A stretch of 64,000 bases of DNA from Octopus vulgaris (taxonomy: Eukaryota), in the NCBI GenBank assembly GCA_951406725.2, contig OX597820.1, positions 86,614,001 to 86,678,000 on the forward strand, written 5' to 3'. A program made the translations under genes and the position numbers. The notes under the pieces were generated by a model that saw only the letters and a program-made list of their open reading frames with translations, was not told where the DNA came from and made no database searches. Positions 1 to 13,880 of the stretch are shown here, piece after piece. Numbering within the stretch: position 1 is the stretch's first letter; each line of letters begins with the position of its first letter.

Positions 1-340
1 CATTTGAATTTCATTAGTTGTTTCCACTAACGGTCTTTCATAAGTATGCAAGTTGAGACAGTAAATGTACAAATAGAAGTTAAAATTAGAATAAAAAGTA
101 AAATTACATAAATATCGTGTTGTATAAAGTCGAAGAAAACCTTGAGTAGGAAAAAATCTTGAGTCAAAAAGAAATTTTGAGTTAAAAAGAAATCATTCAT
201 GTCCAAAGTAAATTAATAAATGGTAAATAAATGAATAATTAATTAATATGAATGTATATGTGTTTTAAAAAAATTTAGCCCATGGGTTGAGAATGCTCCT
301 TGATGTTAATAAAACAGTAACGGGTTTCTTTTTATATATG

Positions 341-380
341 CAACTCATACACACACACACATATACACATAAATATACAT

Positions 381-440
<60 letters not shown>

Positions 441-598
441 GTAGGTAGGTAGGTAGGTAGGTAGGTAGGTAGGTAGGTGGGTAGGTAGGTAGGTAGGTAG
501 GTAGGTAGGTAGGTAGGTAGGTAGGTAGGTAGGTAGGTAGGTAGGTAGGTAGGTAGGTAGGTAGGTAGGTAGATAGGCAGGTAGACAGGCAGACTGAC

Positions 599-681
<83 letters not shown>

Positions 682-740
682 CAGACAAGCAGAAAGGCAA
701 GCAGGCAGGAAGGCAGGAAGGCAGGTAGGTAGGTAGGTAG
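341..740. repeat. Compound (GATA)n/(GGTA)n/(GGCA)n microsatellite
   Basis: Directly visible tetranucleotide runs. ORF 332-700 is its translation. Confidence 0.97.
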
Positions 741-1039
741 TTTATATGTAAATCCTCAATTATGTAATGAACTTACTTGCGTGAACAAAATAAAGCGACT
801 AAGAAAAATTTGTCTACATTGTTGCCACTTATGAAAAAGAGATGGGAATCTTGCACCAGTTATGAAATTGAATTTGTATAATGACCATTAGGACATACGA
901 TGACCTTTGGGACATACAACAACTTTTGGGACATATGGTCGTTTCAGGTTAGAAGCAAGGTATATATGTATTTCAGCAATACCAAAAAGGTTAACGAATG
1001 CATAATAGTAATATCAATAGTTGTATGTACACACTCTAT

Positions 1040-1425
1040 GTATGTGGGTGCTTTCCCCACTAATTCACCCATCCATCTAACTCCTCCTCTCACTATTCCT
1101 TGGAAGGCTGTAGCGGTGAAGTCCTCACGGTCCTATAACAAGCAACAGTCATTACAACTTTCGACTGATTCCCAAGCATGACTTACCTGAGACTATGCAC
1201 ATTATCCAAACATCTCATTCTTTGTCTACCCCTAAGTTGACGCGACTTCAGGAATCCATCCGGCGTCTCTTTCCGGCAGTATTCTTATCACATGTCTGTA
1301 CTATCAAAACTGTGACCTTTCAATGCAGAGAGGTAGCGGCTTGACCCGGAGAGATTCCCTGATCCCTGCGCTATGCAACCTGTCGAGTAACGTTACGCCA
1401 GAAAGCCTTCGGAGAAAATCCAAAT
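1040..1425 (-). mobile_element. RTE-clade LINE 3' fragment (decayed)
   Basis: Minus strand translates to FLRRLSGVTLLDRLHSAGIRESLRVKPLPLCIERSQ..YRHVIRILPER, the typical RTE ORF C-terminus, with stops and frameshifts. Confidence 0.75.
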
Positions 1426-1544
1426 TTTTCCAATAGTAACTATGTTACCTTCTAATGTTGTTTAATTCGGAAACTGGACATTTTCTTACCCCCTTTTAAC
1501 CTCGCCAGAATTAGTGAAACATTGAATTGTAAGATATCGAAATA

Positions 1545-2530
1545 TTTACTGTAAAGGGGTTTTTATTCCATATGCTCAAAGAATTTCTTGTCTTTACTGG
1601 TGAAAAATTCCACCCGATGAATTTTTACATGCTCTTCAGACTTGTCCATTCAATGATTTTTTTTAGAAACCAATAATACAGGTAAAAATATGTAGGCGCA
1701 AGTTCGGGGCACTATGGACCGAGCGACAAAACTTCGCTGGAATGCCCTAGTACTTTCTGCTGTGCCTGTGAAGGAGTGAGCGGTTTGGCATTGACATGAT
1801 AAAGGACAATACTCTAATGATTAGTAAGTGCTGGACGCTTTGGTTACATTACTGCATTTAATTTGTCCAGCTAGTCACAGTACATATCCGAATTAATGAT
1901 CTCATTCGTGGGAAGAAGCTCTTGAATGACAACACCCTTTCAATTCCACCAAATTGAAAGTATAACCTTCTTCAGAGGAGGTCCTGCTTTAGATGTTGTT
2001 TTCAATGTTTCGCCGTGTTTCTCTTATGATAGTCCATGCTTCGCATTGTTACAAACGATCCATTTTTACGTCCTCTGTCACCATTCTCTTTTCTTAACAT
2101 TTTTGCAACGAATCGCAGGTGCAAATCCGTTGAAAGAGGTTAACCACAGTCTACTTATGTGGGACCCAAACATCGAACCTGTTGATATAACCAAGTTGAT
2201 GCCGATAATTTTCAGCTCTCGATTTGGATATCTGGAGAATATCTGCGATCCTCCTGGTTGTGTGACGAGGGTTGATGTAAACTAACTCTTTCGTCGTGTT
2301 GCTGTTAATTTCAGTTGGCCGGCCAGAGCGAAGACCGAAAAGTTTCCCGATCAAGATCTTGGAAATACTTCTGGTATGTACATTCCGTAACAGCATTCTC
2401 CCTGTACACAGTGCATATATTCCTGTAGGTTTTTGCCTCTTTCTTGCCTTGGAATAAAAAAGCATCAGGCGCGGATAATGTTCCTTTTGGCTCTCCCTTT
2501 TCAGGATGATCCCGAGCATACAAAATACAA
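1545..2530 (-). mobile_element. Mariner transposase remnant
   Basis: ORF 2151-2519 has RSGRP, NPRHTTRRIADIL and the mariner WVPH motif (DVWVPHK). Decayed catalytic-domain sequence continues toward 1550. Confidence 0.85.
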
Positions 2531-2899
2531 TCTGTCTAGTCGCCCTTTCACGTAGAATTCCGTTGAAGTTAAAATATCTAACGCGTACGCATGCGCAAGG
2601 GACAGACTGAAGTAAGCTACTTATTAGAAAATAGCATTATCGCAGAGTTGTTATTGACCTGAATTACTATTTACAAGACTAATCATTCCTTTGAAGCACC
2701 GGATATATCATCTGCATCAACTTGGTTATATCAGCAGGTTCAATATTTGGGTCCCACATAAGTAGACTGCGGCTAACCTCTCTCAACGGATTTGCATCTG
2801 CGATTCGTTGCAGAAAAGCGAAGAAAATAGCTGATGCACAAAAAAGAATAGCGTTGCAGGTAAAAGAGCAAGATGTGCATAAAATAATGAGAGATGCAG

Positions 2900-3560
2900 C
2901 AGTAGGAACAACCGATTAACACTCTGCAGAATTACTTCATAAACAGCGATCTAAAAAGTGACATTACCACACTATCTACCGATGAGCATGTTATGGTGGC
3001 CAAAATGCTATACATAGCAATTTGTAATATAAAAAAAATAAGTGAGCAACACATACGAAGTTACCATTATGCAGAGGAGGTCATTATGACACATGATATG
3101 AAAGAATACTGGTGGAAATGTTCCGATCAAATACTTTGTAAGCTCGACAGACCAGACATAGTGATCTGAAATTGAGATAAGAAAGTTGAAAGAATCAGTT
3201 GTTCAACTGACGTTAGCATAATGTTACAGATTACAAAAATAGAAAGCTTTTATGGTGAACAAATGAGAAATCGGAAATTACTCTACTCGGATTATAAATT
3301 TATCGCGAGATTTACTCAGCTCGTAGTTTTGTAACTAACATCTCGGTATAAATCTTGAGAAGCTGCGGTTTACAACACCAAAAACAACAGAGCTGGTTAG
3401 GAAATTATAATTATAAGACATCAATAGAACTGTGAAAATGTGTAAAGTATTTCAGAAGTTTGACGTGTAGTATATACGCATACATGTGTTGACATGCAAA
3501 TATATATGCATATTAATACATAAGAGCGCAGATACATATATATACATACTTACATGCATA
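2900..3560 (+). mobile_element. R4/Dong-like non-LTR retrotransposon 3' fragment (older copy)
   Basis: Decayed paralog of 3720-4725 (YLPMxH, KEYWW, RPDIV motifs) that runs into (TACA)n. Confidence 0.7.
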
Positions 3561-3719
3561 CATACAACGTACATAAATACATAAATACGTACGTACGTAC
3601 GTACATACATACATACATACATACATACATACATACATACATACATACATACATACATACATGCATATATACATACATACGTTCGTGCGGACGTACAAAC
3701 GTACATACATACATATATC

Positions 3720-4725
3720 AAACGAAAGGATGACTATGCATGGATATGTTAGAAAGCTCCGAGATGATCGTAACATTGATCATCACAGCAGTCTATCATG
3801 GATTAATAACCGGATTACTACCTCTCACTTTGAAGGGTATGCATTTGCAATCCAGGAACAGGAAATATCAACCGAATACCTAATGCACAAAAGGGATAGA
3901 GATGCGGGAAAAGCGGTGAAATATGACAATCGATGCAGACTTGGTGGAGTTAGCACCGAAGATATCACCCACATCATAGGCAGTTGTCTGAAAATGTCAT
4001 CACGGTATTATCTACCGATGAGACACAATGTTGTAGCTAGAACATTATATAATGAAATCCGTCGGAAGGGTAACCCAGAGGACAAAGAAATAAGAACCCA
4101 CAATATGGTAGAAGCCATAGCCACTGATAATAAAAAGGAGTACTGGTGGGATGTTCCAGTGAGAATCTCAATAAAATGTAAGCACAACAGACCCGATATA
4201 ATGAGTGGGGATAGAAAAGAGAAAATGTGTACAGTTGTGGAAACTAACTGCCCCTGGATGATAATATAAAGCTGACGATCAATGAAAAAGAGAATACCAA
4301 TGCTCAACTATTGAGAAATCTGCAGTTACTCTAACGAGATTACAAGTTCAAGATTATACCTGTAATTATAGGGGACCTGCCTAAACACACTGCCTAAATA
4401 TACCAATCTTGAGAAATAAGGCTTTTCAAAACTAGGAAGGAGAAAGCCGACTCGAAGACCACAAATCCAATTTACCAGTGGAACTCTACAATTCTGTCAA
4501 ACTTTCCAGAAGTTTATCATTTAAGATATATGAGCATGTCTATATATGCAAGTATATGCATGAAAAACATACATAAAACAAAGCATACAAATCTGCACAT
4601 ATACATACATGCATGCAAAAATACCCTATTGTTGATGTTGAAATTCCTATGAAGGAGCCTTAGATCTAGGTTAGAAACCGGCTCTTTCTCTATTGGCAAA
4701 AAAGCTTGAAATAAACTGAATGACA
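3720..4725 (+). mobile_element. R4/Dong-like LINE: CCHC knuckle + restriction-like endonuclease + 3' UTR, inserted in (TACA)n
   Basis: ORF 3661-4269: EGYAFAIQEQEI..RCRL(G)..EDITHIIGSC..RHN..EYWWD..HNRPDI (zinc knuckle, RHN and PD-(D/E)xK REL motifs). The 3' UTR ends GAAATAAACTGAATGA then (CATA)n. (TACA)n lies on both flanks. Confidence 0.88.
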
Positions 4726-4777
4726 TACATACATACATACGTACATACATACATACATACATACATACATACATACA

Positions 4778-4811
<34 letters not shown>

Positions 4812-5152
4812 ATTAGGCTTCTCAAAACCAGAAAGGAGAAAGTTAATTCGAAGACAAGGGATCCAAACCATCACTGGAACAGTAGAAATCTTTTAAAACT
4901 TACAAAAGTTTAGCATTTAAGTATATAAGAGCAGGTCTATACATGCAACTATATGCATGAGAATATATAGATTAAACGAAACATACAAATATGCTCATAG
5001 ACTGACTCCAAATACTGCACACATACACACATACATACAAAAATACCCTTTTGATGTTGATCAAATTCGAATGAAAGGAGCCTTGGATCTTGGTTAGAAA
5101 CCGACTCTTTTTCTATTGGTAAGAAATTTAGAAATAAAATAGCATAATGACA
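4812..5152 (+). mobile_element. Third tandem 3' end of the same R4/Dong-like family
   Basis: Colinear with 4417-4725 (GGAGCCTT..GGTTAGAAACCG.CTCTTT). Flanked by (TACA)n. Confidence 0.85.
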
Positions 5153-6040
5153 TACATACATACATTACATACACACATACATTACATACATACATACACA
5201 CATACATACATACATACATACAATCATACATACATACATATATACATACATACATGCATGCATACATACATACATACATACATACACACATACATACATA
5301 CATACATACATACATACATACATGCATACATACATACATACACACACACATACACATATACATACATACATACATACAAACATACATACATTGGATACCT
5401 AGATGAGGAAAGCAAATTCAAATGTAAAATCATTGTTTCTGGAACGGAGACTGGCTCTTTCACCTGGAGAGAGAAATTTGAAAAAACAAAATCACAAAAC
5501 TCGTGACATACATTGTGAATATTTAGATATAATTTACGTAACTCTCTCAGTGAGTTAGAAATGCTTATATACATACTTATGGTCAGGTATTCATACATGT
5601 GTATGTATGTATGTATGTATGTATGTATGTGTGTATGTGTGTATGTATGTGTGTATGTATGTGTGTATGTATGTATGTATGTATGTGTGTATGTATGTAA
5701 GTGTGTATGTGTGTATGTGTGTGTGTGTACATACATACGTAATCATTTAGTTGAAAGAAAACGAGAAGCAAAACAGAAAACTTTAAAATACGAGCTAAAA
5801 ATATTTAACTTGTAAAAAAATAATTGACTTCTATAAAAGAAATCGAAATACCGAGGTACATGAAACTACACCAGGGAAAAGAGGAGGAGGAAGAAGAAGA
5901 AGAAGAGAAGAAGAAGAAGAAGAAGAAGAAGAAGAAGAAGAAGAAGAAGAAGGACAACAACAACAATAACAACAAAAACAACAACAAACATAATAATAAT
6001 AATAATAATAACAATGATAATAATAATAATAATAATATAA
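5150..6040. repeat. (TACA)n, (TATG)n, (GAA)n, (AAC)n, (AAT)n microsatellites
   Basis: Visible simple repeats with short unique spacers. Confidence 0.93.
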
Positions 6041-6689
6041 CTTGCAACAAGTTTTAAAGAAATCAAATTATCCAAGCAAAAGAAGAATCCCGTGAAATAT
6101 TGGAGAAAATCAGACGACATGCAAGAGTGGTGCATGGTATTATGGGTATAATGATTAATGTCTCGTTAGAGAATGGGGCGATTCCGTAATGAACGGATGA
6201 CATGAGATGAAAAGAAAGAAAAATCAGGGGAGAAATTTTCTCTGATTTATTAGTATGTTGGTATTTTTAAATGATTAATGTTTTTTCATTCTTTCTCCAT
6301 ACCGACCCAAACATTTTTTGTTTTTTTGTCTTTGGTTGTTTTAATTTTTGCTTTTGTTTCTTTTCAATTTTTCCCCTTCTCTTTGATTTATTATTATTTT
6401 AACTTTTTTCGGTCTAATTTTATTATTTTCTGATATTTTTCTTACTCCCGAAACAAATATTAAATCTCGTTCAAACGTTTCTTATTTAACGCAACACATT
6501 TGGATACATGCAGACGATACCGGTGATGATGATAAAGGAAAGAGACTGTTTTCTTATAATGTCGCTATATTTACAGTATCTCACATTTTTGTTGTTGTTG
6601 TTGTTGCTGGCATTTCTCATTTTATTTATTCTTTTCGTTTTTTCCTTCGTTTCTATTTTCACGTAATATCTTACTGTTTTCTTATATTA

Positions 6690-6883
6690 ATCTGGCCCTC
6701 TCACTCTCTCTCTTTCTCTCCCTCTCTCTTTCTGTCTCTCTTTCTTTCTGCATATCTATATATCTCTTTTCTCCCCCTCTCTCTCTCAATCTTTCTCTCA
6801 CTCTGTGTCTGTGTATTTGTTATATGTGTGTGTGTATACCTACAAACATATATCATATATATACATACATATATAGATAGATG

Positions 6884-6931
<48 letters not shown>

Positions 6932-7068
6932 TGTATATATATATTATAGATGTATATATATATATATATATACACAGACACTTCTCTGCATATGTATATA
7001 ATATGTATATATATATATATATATGTATATAATATGTAAATATATGTATATATATACACATACACACG

Positions 7069-7110
<42 letters not shown>

Positions 7111-7239
7111 CATTCATATATTTTCATACATATAAATATGTATATATATATATTTATATATAAATATATATATGCCTATATACATACATGTATATCCACA
7201 CACGCACAATGATATATGTGTATAGGCATGTATATATGC

Positions 7240-7330
<91 letters not shown>

Positions 7331-7846
7331 TACACACACACAACAAATACGAGTGGGTATATGTGCATGTGTGTATTTTCCCGAAAGTGTACATACGTGT
7401 GCGTGTGTGCGCGCGCACACACACACATTGAGAGATCTGCCCTCGCACACTCACACACACACACACATTGAGAGATCTGCCCTCGCACTCTCACACATAC
7501 ACACACATACACACTTACATACACACACATAAGTTTGCTTTACATCTCTGCACATTGTACTTATTCTCTTTCCCATTTTCAAAGTTTATATTTTTCTCTC
7601 TCTTGCTCTTCCTTTCTCATTCTCTTACTCTTTTCTTCATCTTATCTATCTATATATTTGTTCGAGCGCATGCTTGTATACGTATATACATACGTATGTA
7701 TGTGTGTGCGTGCGCCTGTGCACGCAAGCATATGTTCAGAGCTAAGTAAAAACATATATACTTATATATATGCACATATATGCACATACACACATATATG
7801 CATATATATATATTTATATATATATATATACACACACAGATAGATT

Positions 7847-7902
<56 letters not shown>

Positions 7903-7944
7903 TATATATAAGTACATATATTTATATACACATACAAAACACCC

Positions 7945-8015
<71 letters not shown>

Positions 8016-8307
8016 TGCGTCTGTCTGTGTGTATGGGTGTGTGTGCAATTTCACGAAAATATACATGTCAACATATACGATACACACAATTCACACGCAC
8101 ACATTTGCACACGCACTGGCGCACTTAGTTCATTCTCTGCATCTGTCTTTTCATTGCTATCCATTCTCTCCCCCACTTTCAATGCTTTACATTCTTATAG
8201 AGAGAAACGCATTAAATGTAAACAGACAATTGAGAGGGAGAGAGGGGGGAGAGAGAAAAGTGGGAGAGAAGAGTGAGTGGTGGTGAGATAGAATGGGGGA
8301 TGAAACA

Positions 8308-8406
<99 letters not shown>

Positions 8407-8468
8407 GCAAACAGAGAGACAGACAGATAGACAGACAGACAGACAGATAGACAGACAGACAGACAGAC

Positions 8469-8562
<94 letters not shown>

Positions 8563-9740
8563 CGAGAAATATATGGTTATAGAGAGAGGGAGAGAAAGAA
8601 GAAAAGAGAGATAGAGAGACAGTGACAGACAAAGAGAAATTGATAGACAGACAATTGAACAGAATGAGAGAGAGAACTTACTCTCTTTGGAATAAGAAAG
8701 AAAAAGAGAGAGTGATCCCCCCCTACCATCTATATCTACCACTAGACACGACACTCGTTTGTCATATCCTTTATACTCTTATTCTTTTCATCTTGATTCT
8801 CTTCCTCCCACTCTCTCAGTATTTCTCTTTTCTTTTAGCTCACTATTTATTCCCTTGTTATCTTACACAGTTGTCTTTCCTCCTCCTTCTCCTCCTCCTC
8901 CTCCTCTTCTGCCACCACTAACGACCTCTTCAACACAGTTACTTGTCCTTCTGTCTCTCCAAAGACGTCTTTCTCTTCTTCTTTTTTACTTCACTTTTCT
9001 TTTTCTCATCCCACTTCTTATTTATTTCATCGTTATCTCTTCCTCTTTCTCCTCCTTCTCTTCCTCCTCCTTTCGACTATTCCTCATTTGGTCATCAATC
9101 ACGGTATTCTTTCTGCTTCTTCCTTTCTTTTTTTTTTTTTACCTGCGTCATCCTCATTTGCATATTCAACCGCTTCTCACGTTTCAAAACCACGCCTCCT
9201 TATCTACCTTTTTTTTTCTTCCGCTTTCTACTTCCTCTCCAACCACTCTCTAGCACTCTCACAGACTCCTTACGTTGTTGCTGTTGTTGTTATTGTTGTT
9301 ATTCTTCTTCTTCTTCTCCTTCTTCTCCTCCTTCTTCTTCTTCTTCTTCGGTTTCTTTATACGTGTTTTATTTCTTCACCTTCTCCTTCTCTAGTCTGAC
9401 CACCTATTATTCAATCCGTTTTTGAAATCTCGCGTCCGCCCCCTAATTCTACCTTACATCACCACACCATCTTCTCCACCAACACCCTCTTTTTCTATTC
9501 CTTGTTCGCAGCCATTTATCTTTTCTCTTCCTCTGCCTCTCTTACTCCGACTCTAACCTCTCCCCTCTCTTCCTGTCTCTCTCCCTCTCTCTCTTTTTCT
9601 CCTCTCTCTTGTTATGTATCTCACTCTCACCGGTGCTTTCCCCTCCTAAACTTCCAATCTAATTTTAGTCTCCCCTTCTCTTCTCCGTACCTCCTACTAC
9701 TGCTGTCTCACTCATCCTCTCCTCCCACCTTCACATATCC
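6690..9740. repeat. Large low-complexity block: (CT)n, (TA)n, (TG)n, (GATA)n and a ~1 kb pyrimidine-rich tract
   Basis: Visible. Includes a short tandem duplication ACACACATTGAGAGATCTGCCCTCGCAC at ~7421-7490. Confidence 0.9.
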
Positions 9741-9854
9741 AGTACTGGATAAGTGAAGCGGGGCGGAGGAACGTATGGGAGAGACAAAAGTCGTGTTATC
9801 TCTATATTCCATGTATGTAAAATTGTATCTTAGTTTTGTGTTCCAACCCCACGC

Positions 9855-10272
9855 AACCTTCTTTGGTAAAGTGTTCAGAAATAACCTTGTGGTATTTCGT
9901 TAAGTTCAAATCTTACCCAGGCTGACTTTTACTTTCACCACTCCGATGTCAATACATTGAATATACTTTTCTACTCTAGGCACAAGACCCGAAATTTTGG
10001 GGGGTGCGGCCAGTCCCCTGTACCTGACTGGTACTTAATTTATCGACCCCGAAAGGATGAAAGGCAAAGTCGACCTCGGCGGAATTTGAACACATTTTAA
10101 AATATTCCTTTCTACTCAAGGCATAAAGCCTGAAATTTTGGGGGAGGGGGCCAGTCGATTAGATCGACCCCAATATGCAACTGGTACTTAATTTATCGAC
10201 CCCGAAAGGCTAAGAGGCAAAGTCGACCTCGGCGGAATTTGAACTCAGAACGTAAAAACAGACGAAATACCC
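9855..10272. mobile_element. Cluster of Nin-domain tRNA-SINE fragments (one decayed + copy, two - copies)
   Basis: TCGACCCCGAAAGGATGAAAGGCAAAGTCGACCTCGGCGGAATTTGAAC core, repeated many times in the window. Confidence 0.85.
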
Positions 10273-10525
10273 CTTAATACATTAAATATTGCGGCAAGTT
10301 ACTAAGGACGTAGCCCAAAGATATATTATGTCCGTACAGATATAAATTCTCGGTACGTTGGCGGTATACACCCTAGGATGGTAAATCACTCCATCACTCG
10401 ATTATACTTAGTACTTTTGCATTTTCCCATAGTTTTTCTCCATGCATAGGATGGTAAGTCTATGCATAGATTGTTTAAACTCTATAGACTTCACTTCCTC
10501 CCCTCTTGTTAATACCCATCTGAGT

Positions 10526-10777
10526 CAGTGTTTATCAATCAGTTTTTGCCTATGGAGCCCTTTGATTCCTATTTTACTCGGATGGACCCTCACAGCCATT
10601 GAATGATTTTAAAATCCTATTATATTTTTATAATTAAATGTGTTTAGGAATTGTATTAAAAAAATTAGATTATATTGTGTATCATAGAATTATAACCAAA
10701 TTATTGTCCATAAATTTTAACAACAAAAACTCATATAAACCCCCAAGGGCCATATGAACCCCAGTTTCGAAACATTC
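10526..10777. mobile_element. hAT-type non-autonomous element (MITE)
   Basis: Decayed CAGTGTTT.TCAA..GTTTCGAAACA termini and an 8-bp TSD-like pair, ATCTGAGT (10518-10525) / ATCTAAGT (10778-10785). Homologous to 10990-11339 in the opposite orientation. Confidence 0.65.
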
Positions 10778-10989
10778 ATCTAAGTTCTAGTGTAATGCAA
10801 TTTCAGGGCTCAGTTTCTCATTAGCAACAGACTCATCAAATTCTCAACATCCCCTTTATGGTTTGCGGAAACATTTTATCACACACTTTTTACAAAGAAA
10901 TTCCATGTTGCTTCTTAAATCTTTAAAGTCAGTCTTCATTATTAATTCAAAGATATTCTAATCTTAGTTTTATTTGGAATATCTTAAAC

Positions 10990-11339
10990 CACTCGTTCTC
11001 AACTGGGGTTCATATGTTCCTCTGAGGCTTCGTATACGATTTTGGGGTGTCCACGCGACAAAATAGTAAATTAGTGATCCACAATAGCATTTTAAGGGCC
11101 CTTGAAAATAATTTTGCTTTAAATATATGTATTGGTATTTATTGGAAGAAACAGCTAGGTTTCTTTCTTTAACATTTTACATAGTTCAACCTACACAAGC
11201 TAATGTGTGAAAGACAAAATAGGAATTTTGAAAGAAATTTCTTTAAAACTAGTTTTTAAACATTGGATGGTTATTGGGATCCATCAGAATGAAATAGTAC
11301 CAAAGGGGTCCATAGATGGAAAATGGCTGAGAACCCCTG
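10990..11339. mobile_element. hAT-type MITE, second copy in inverted orientation
   Basis: Termini CACTCGTTCTCAACTGGGG ... GCTGAGAACCCCTG. Shares ATGGACCC / CATATGAACCCCAG motifs with the previous copy. Confidence 0.65.
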
Positions 11340-11770
11340 TTAAACAATTGCTTTGGCATTGTACTCGACAAGTTCTCACCGTCATTTTAACACAAATGAA
11401 ATCACTCTATCACTTGATTATGCTCAATACGTTTACAATCTCTCATAGTTTGTCTCCTACTCGTTTGCTTCTTGGAATCGCTATTGCTGTAGCAGTAGCG
11501 TACCTGGAGAGGGGCGATGGGCTTAGGCACTTTCGATTCTGTAATATAAGCCTGTATTGGGGATGAAGGTGGAAAACACAAGATCTGCTTCAGCGATATA
11601 CACACTTGCTTTGCCACTGCTCTATAGAATATCAAAATGTTTTCTCCATACTTCTTTATATCACAAGTATTTAACTTATCAATTCTTTAGATATCTCACA
11701 GTCTCCCCCCAAATGCATCGTGTTCTAGATTTTTTTCAACAATTTGACTTTGCACTGTATCAATAATATT

Positions 11771-12571
11771 AGTTTCAAATTTTGGCACAGGGTCAGCAAT
11801 TTTGGAGTAAGGAGTAAGTCAATTACATTGACCCCCACTACTCAACAGGTATTTATTTCATCAGCCCCCGAAAGGATGAAAGACAAAGTCGAGCTCGGTA
11901 GAATTTGAACTCAGAAAGTAAAAACAGACGAAATGCCGCTAAGCATCTTATCCGGCGTGCTAACGATTCTTATTTCTTTATTGCCCACAAGGGGCTAAAC
12001 ATAGAGGGGACAAACAAGGAAAGACAAACGGATTAAGTCGATTACATCGACCCCAGTGCGTAACTGGTACTTAATTTATCGACCCCGAAAGGATGAAGGG
12101 CAAAGTTGACCTCGGCGGAATTTGAACTCAGAACGTAACGGCATACAAAATACCTATTTCTTTACAACCCACAAGGGGGCTAAACACAGAGGGGACAAAC
12201 AAGGACACACAAACGGATTAAGTCGATTATATCGACCCCGGTGCGTAACTGGTACTTATTTAATCGACCCTGAAAGGATGAAAGGCAAAGTCGACCTCAG
12301 CGGAATTTGAACTCAGAACGTAACGGCATACAAAATACCTATTTCTTTACAACCCACAAGGGGGCTAAACACAGAGGGGACAAACAAGGACACACAAACG
12401 GATTAAGTCGATTATATCGACCCCGGTGCGTAACTGGTACTTATTTAATCGACCCTGAAAGGATGAAAGGCAAAGTCGACCTCAGCGGAATTTGAACTAA
12501 GAACGTAGCGGCAGACGAAATACGGCTACGCATTTCGCCCAGCATACTAACGTTTCTGCCAGCTCGCCGCC
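11771..12571 (-). mobile_element. Nin-domain SINE array: one copy plus a three-unit tandem (185-bp period) with a single tRNA head
   Basis: Units start at 11971, 12155 and 12340. Identical ORF translations at 12122 and 12307 confirm the 185-bp duplication. The head GGCGGCGAGCTGGCAGAA begins at 12571. Confidence 0.92.
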
Positions 12572-13569
12572 TTACCTGTATCGATAATATTAATTGGTGC
12601 TTGCGTTTCGCATTGCCACTGAGAAGTGAGCACTTGTCATTTACCATAGATCTTATTTGTGAAATAAGGTGGAGGAAAACTGTGGGGGAGCGTTTGGATA
12701 CATTTCACCTGTAATTCCTTGTATCACTCTTTTCACATATTATATTACGCTGATACAACCCGAGGCTCACGTCAAGCGAGTACGCATCTATAAAATACTC
12801 AAGCATTTACCAATTTAATGAGAAGCAAGTTCAGTTGTTCACACAACTGAATACTTATCATCGAAACTGACATAGGAACTAACATTATATATACGTGTGT
12901 GTTTGTGTGTATGTGTTTGTATGCATGTTCGCGCACGCGTATATGTGTGTCCGTGTATTTGTTTCTCTGTGCGTGTGTGTATGTATGTATGTGTGTGTTT
13001 ATGAATTTGTGCCCTGAAATCAAATCAATAATTTCGTTTAGGTCGTGAAGTACAAAATATTTTGCCAATTAACTATTTGCAGACTAACCCGGCGGTTACG
13101 GCAGCTATTGTTATTGCCGTTGTTATTGTCGTTAGTAATGGCAGGGGCAAGGGTGATGTTGTTGCTAAAGTAGTAGTAGTAGTAGTAATTGTTGTTGTTG
13201 TTGTTGTCGTCGGTGGTGGTGGTGGTTGTGGTGGCGGTTGTAATCGTCGTCGTAATGCTGCCGGCGTTAATGATATTGATGGTGGCGATGGTGGTGGTGG
13301 TGACAGTGGTATGAGGATGAGATTCAACAACGTCGACGATGGGGAAGGTTGTGATATAAACTGTTTGTATATTCTCCTTGTCGTCTTTAAAAATCAGAAG
13401 CATCTGTTGGATAGACACAGATACACTGCTTGGATAAGTTATATAGCCATTACTGGAACGACTTCAATTTCAAACTTGCTTTATAAAGGCTGATAAGAAT
13501 TAAACAACGATTAAATGTTTTTTAGCCTTAGTTTTTTGTTTTTGTTTTTTGTTTTAATAAGTAAGATAA

Positions 13570-13880
13570 ATGTGATTAAAATATCGCAAGAAAGAATCGT
13601 AAAACGGATTCTCCAAGCCGAGCCAACCGGAAGGATACTTATGAATGGACCAAGAACGAGATTGTTGGATAATATCTATTGTCTCGGTTGGTTACGCTTG
13701 GAAACACAGCAGGTAAATGTAATGGCGTTTGCTTTTGACAGGACCCTATGAATGAGGAGAACTTTACAACCCATGATCCCCTCAGAAATAGTGGACGGAG
13801 AAGATGGATGAATGGATGGATGGATGGATGGATGGATGGTGGATGGATAGATGAATGGATGGATTAATGGACGGGTAAAT
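13570..13880 (+). mobile_element. RTE-clade LINE 3' end with (GGAT)n tail
   Basis: SQERIVKRILQAEPTGR..GPRTRLLDNI (RTE C-terminus), followed by (ATGG)n. Confidence 0.78.

Noticed and set aside
11971-12571. Regular repeats suggestive of a CRISPR array
   Set aside because: 185-bp SINE tandem with no unique spacers and no cas genes, in a eukaryotic context.
12770-12840. CRE-like CACGTCA + TATAAAA + TCAGTT promoter
   Set aside because: TATA-to-Inr spacing of ~44 bp is too long, and there is no downstream exon evidence.
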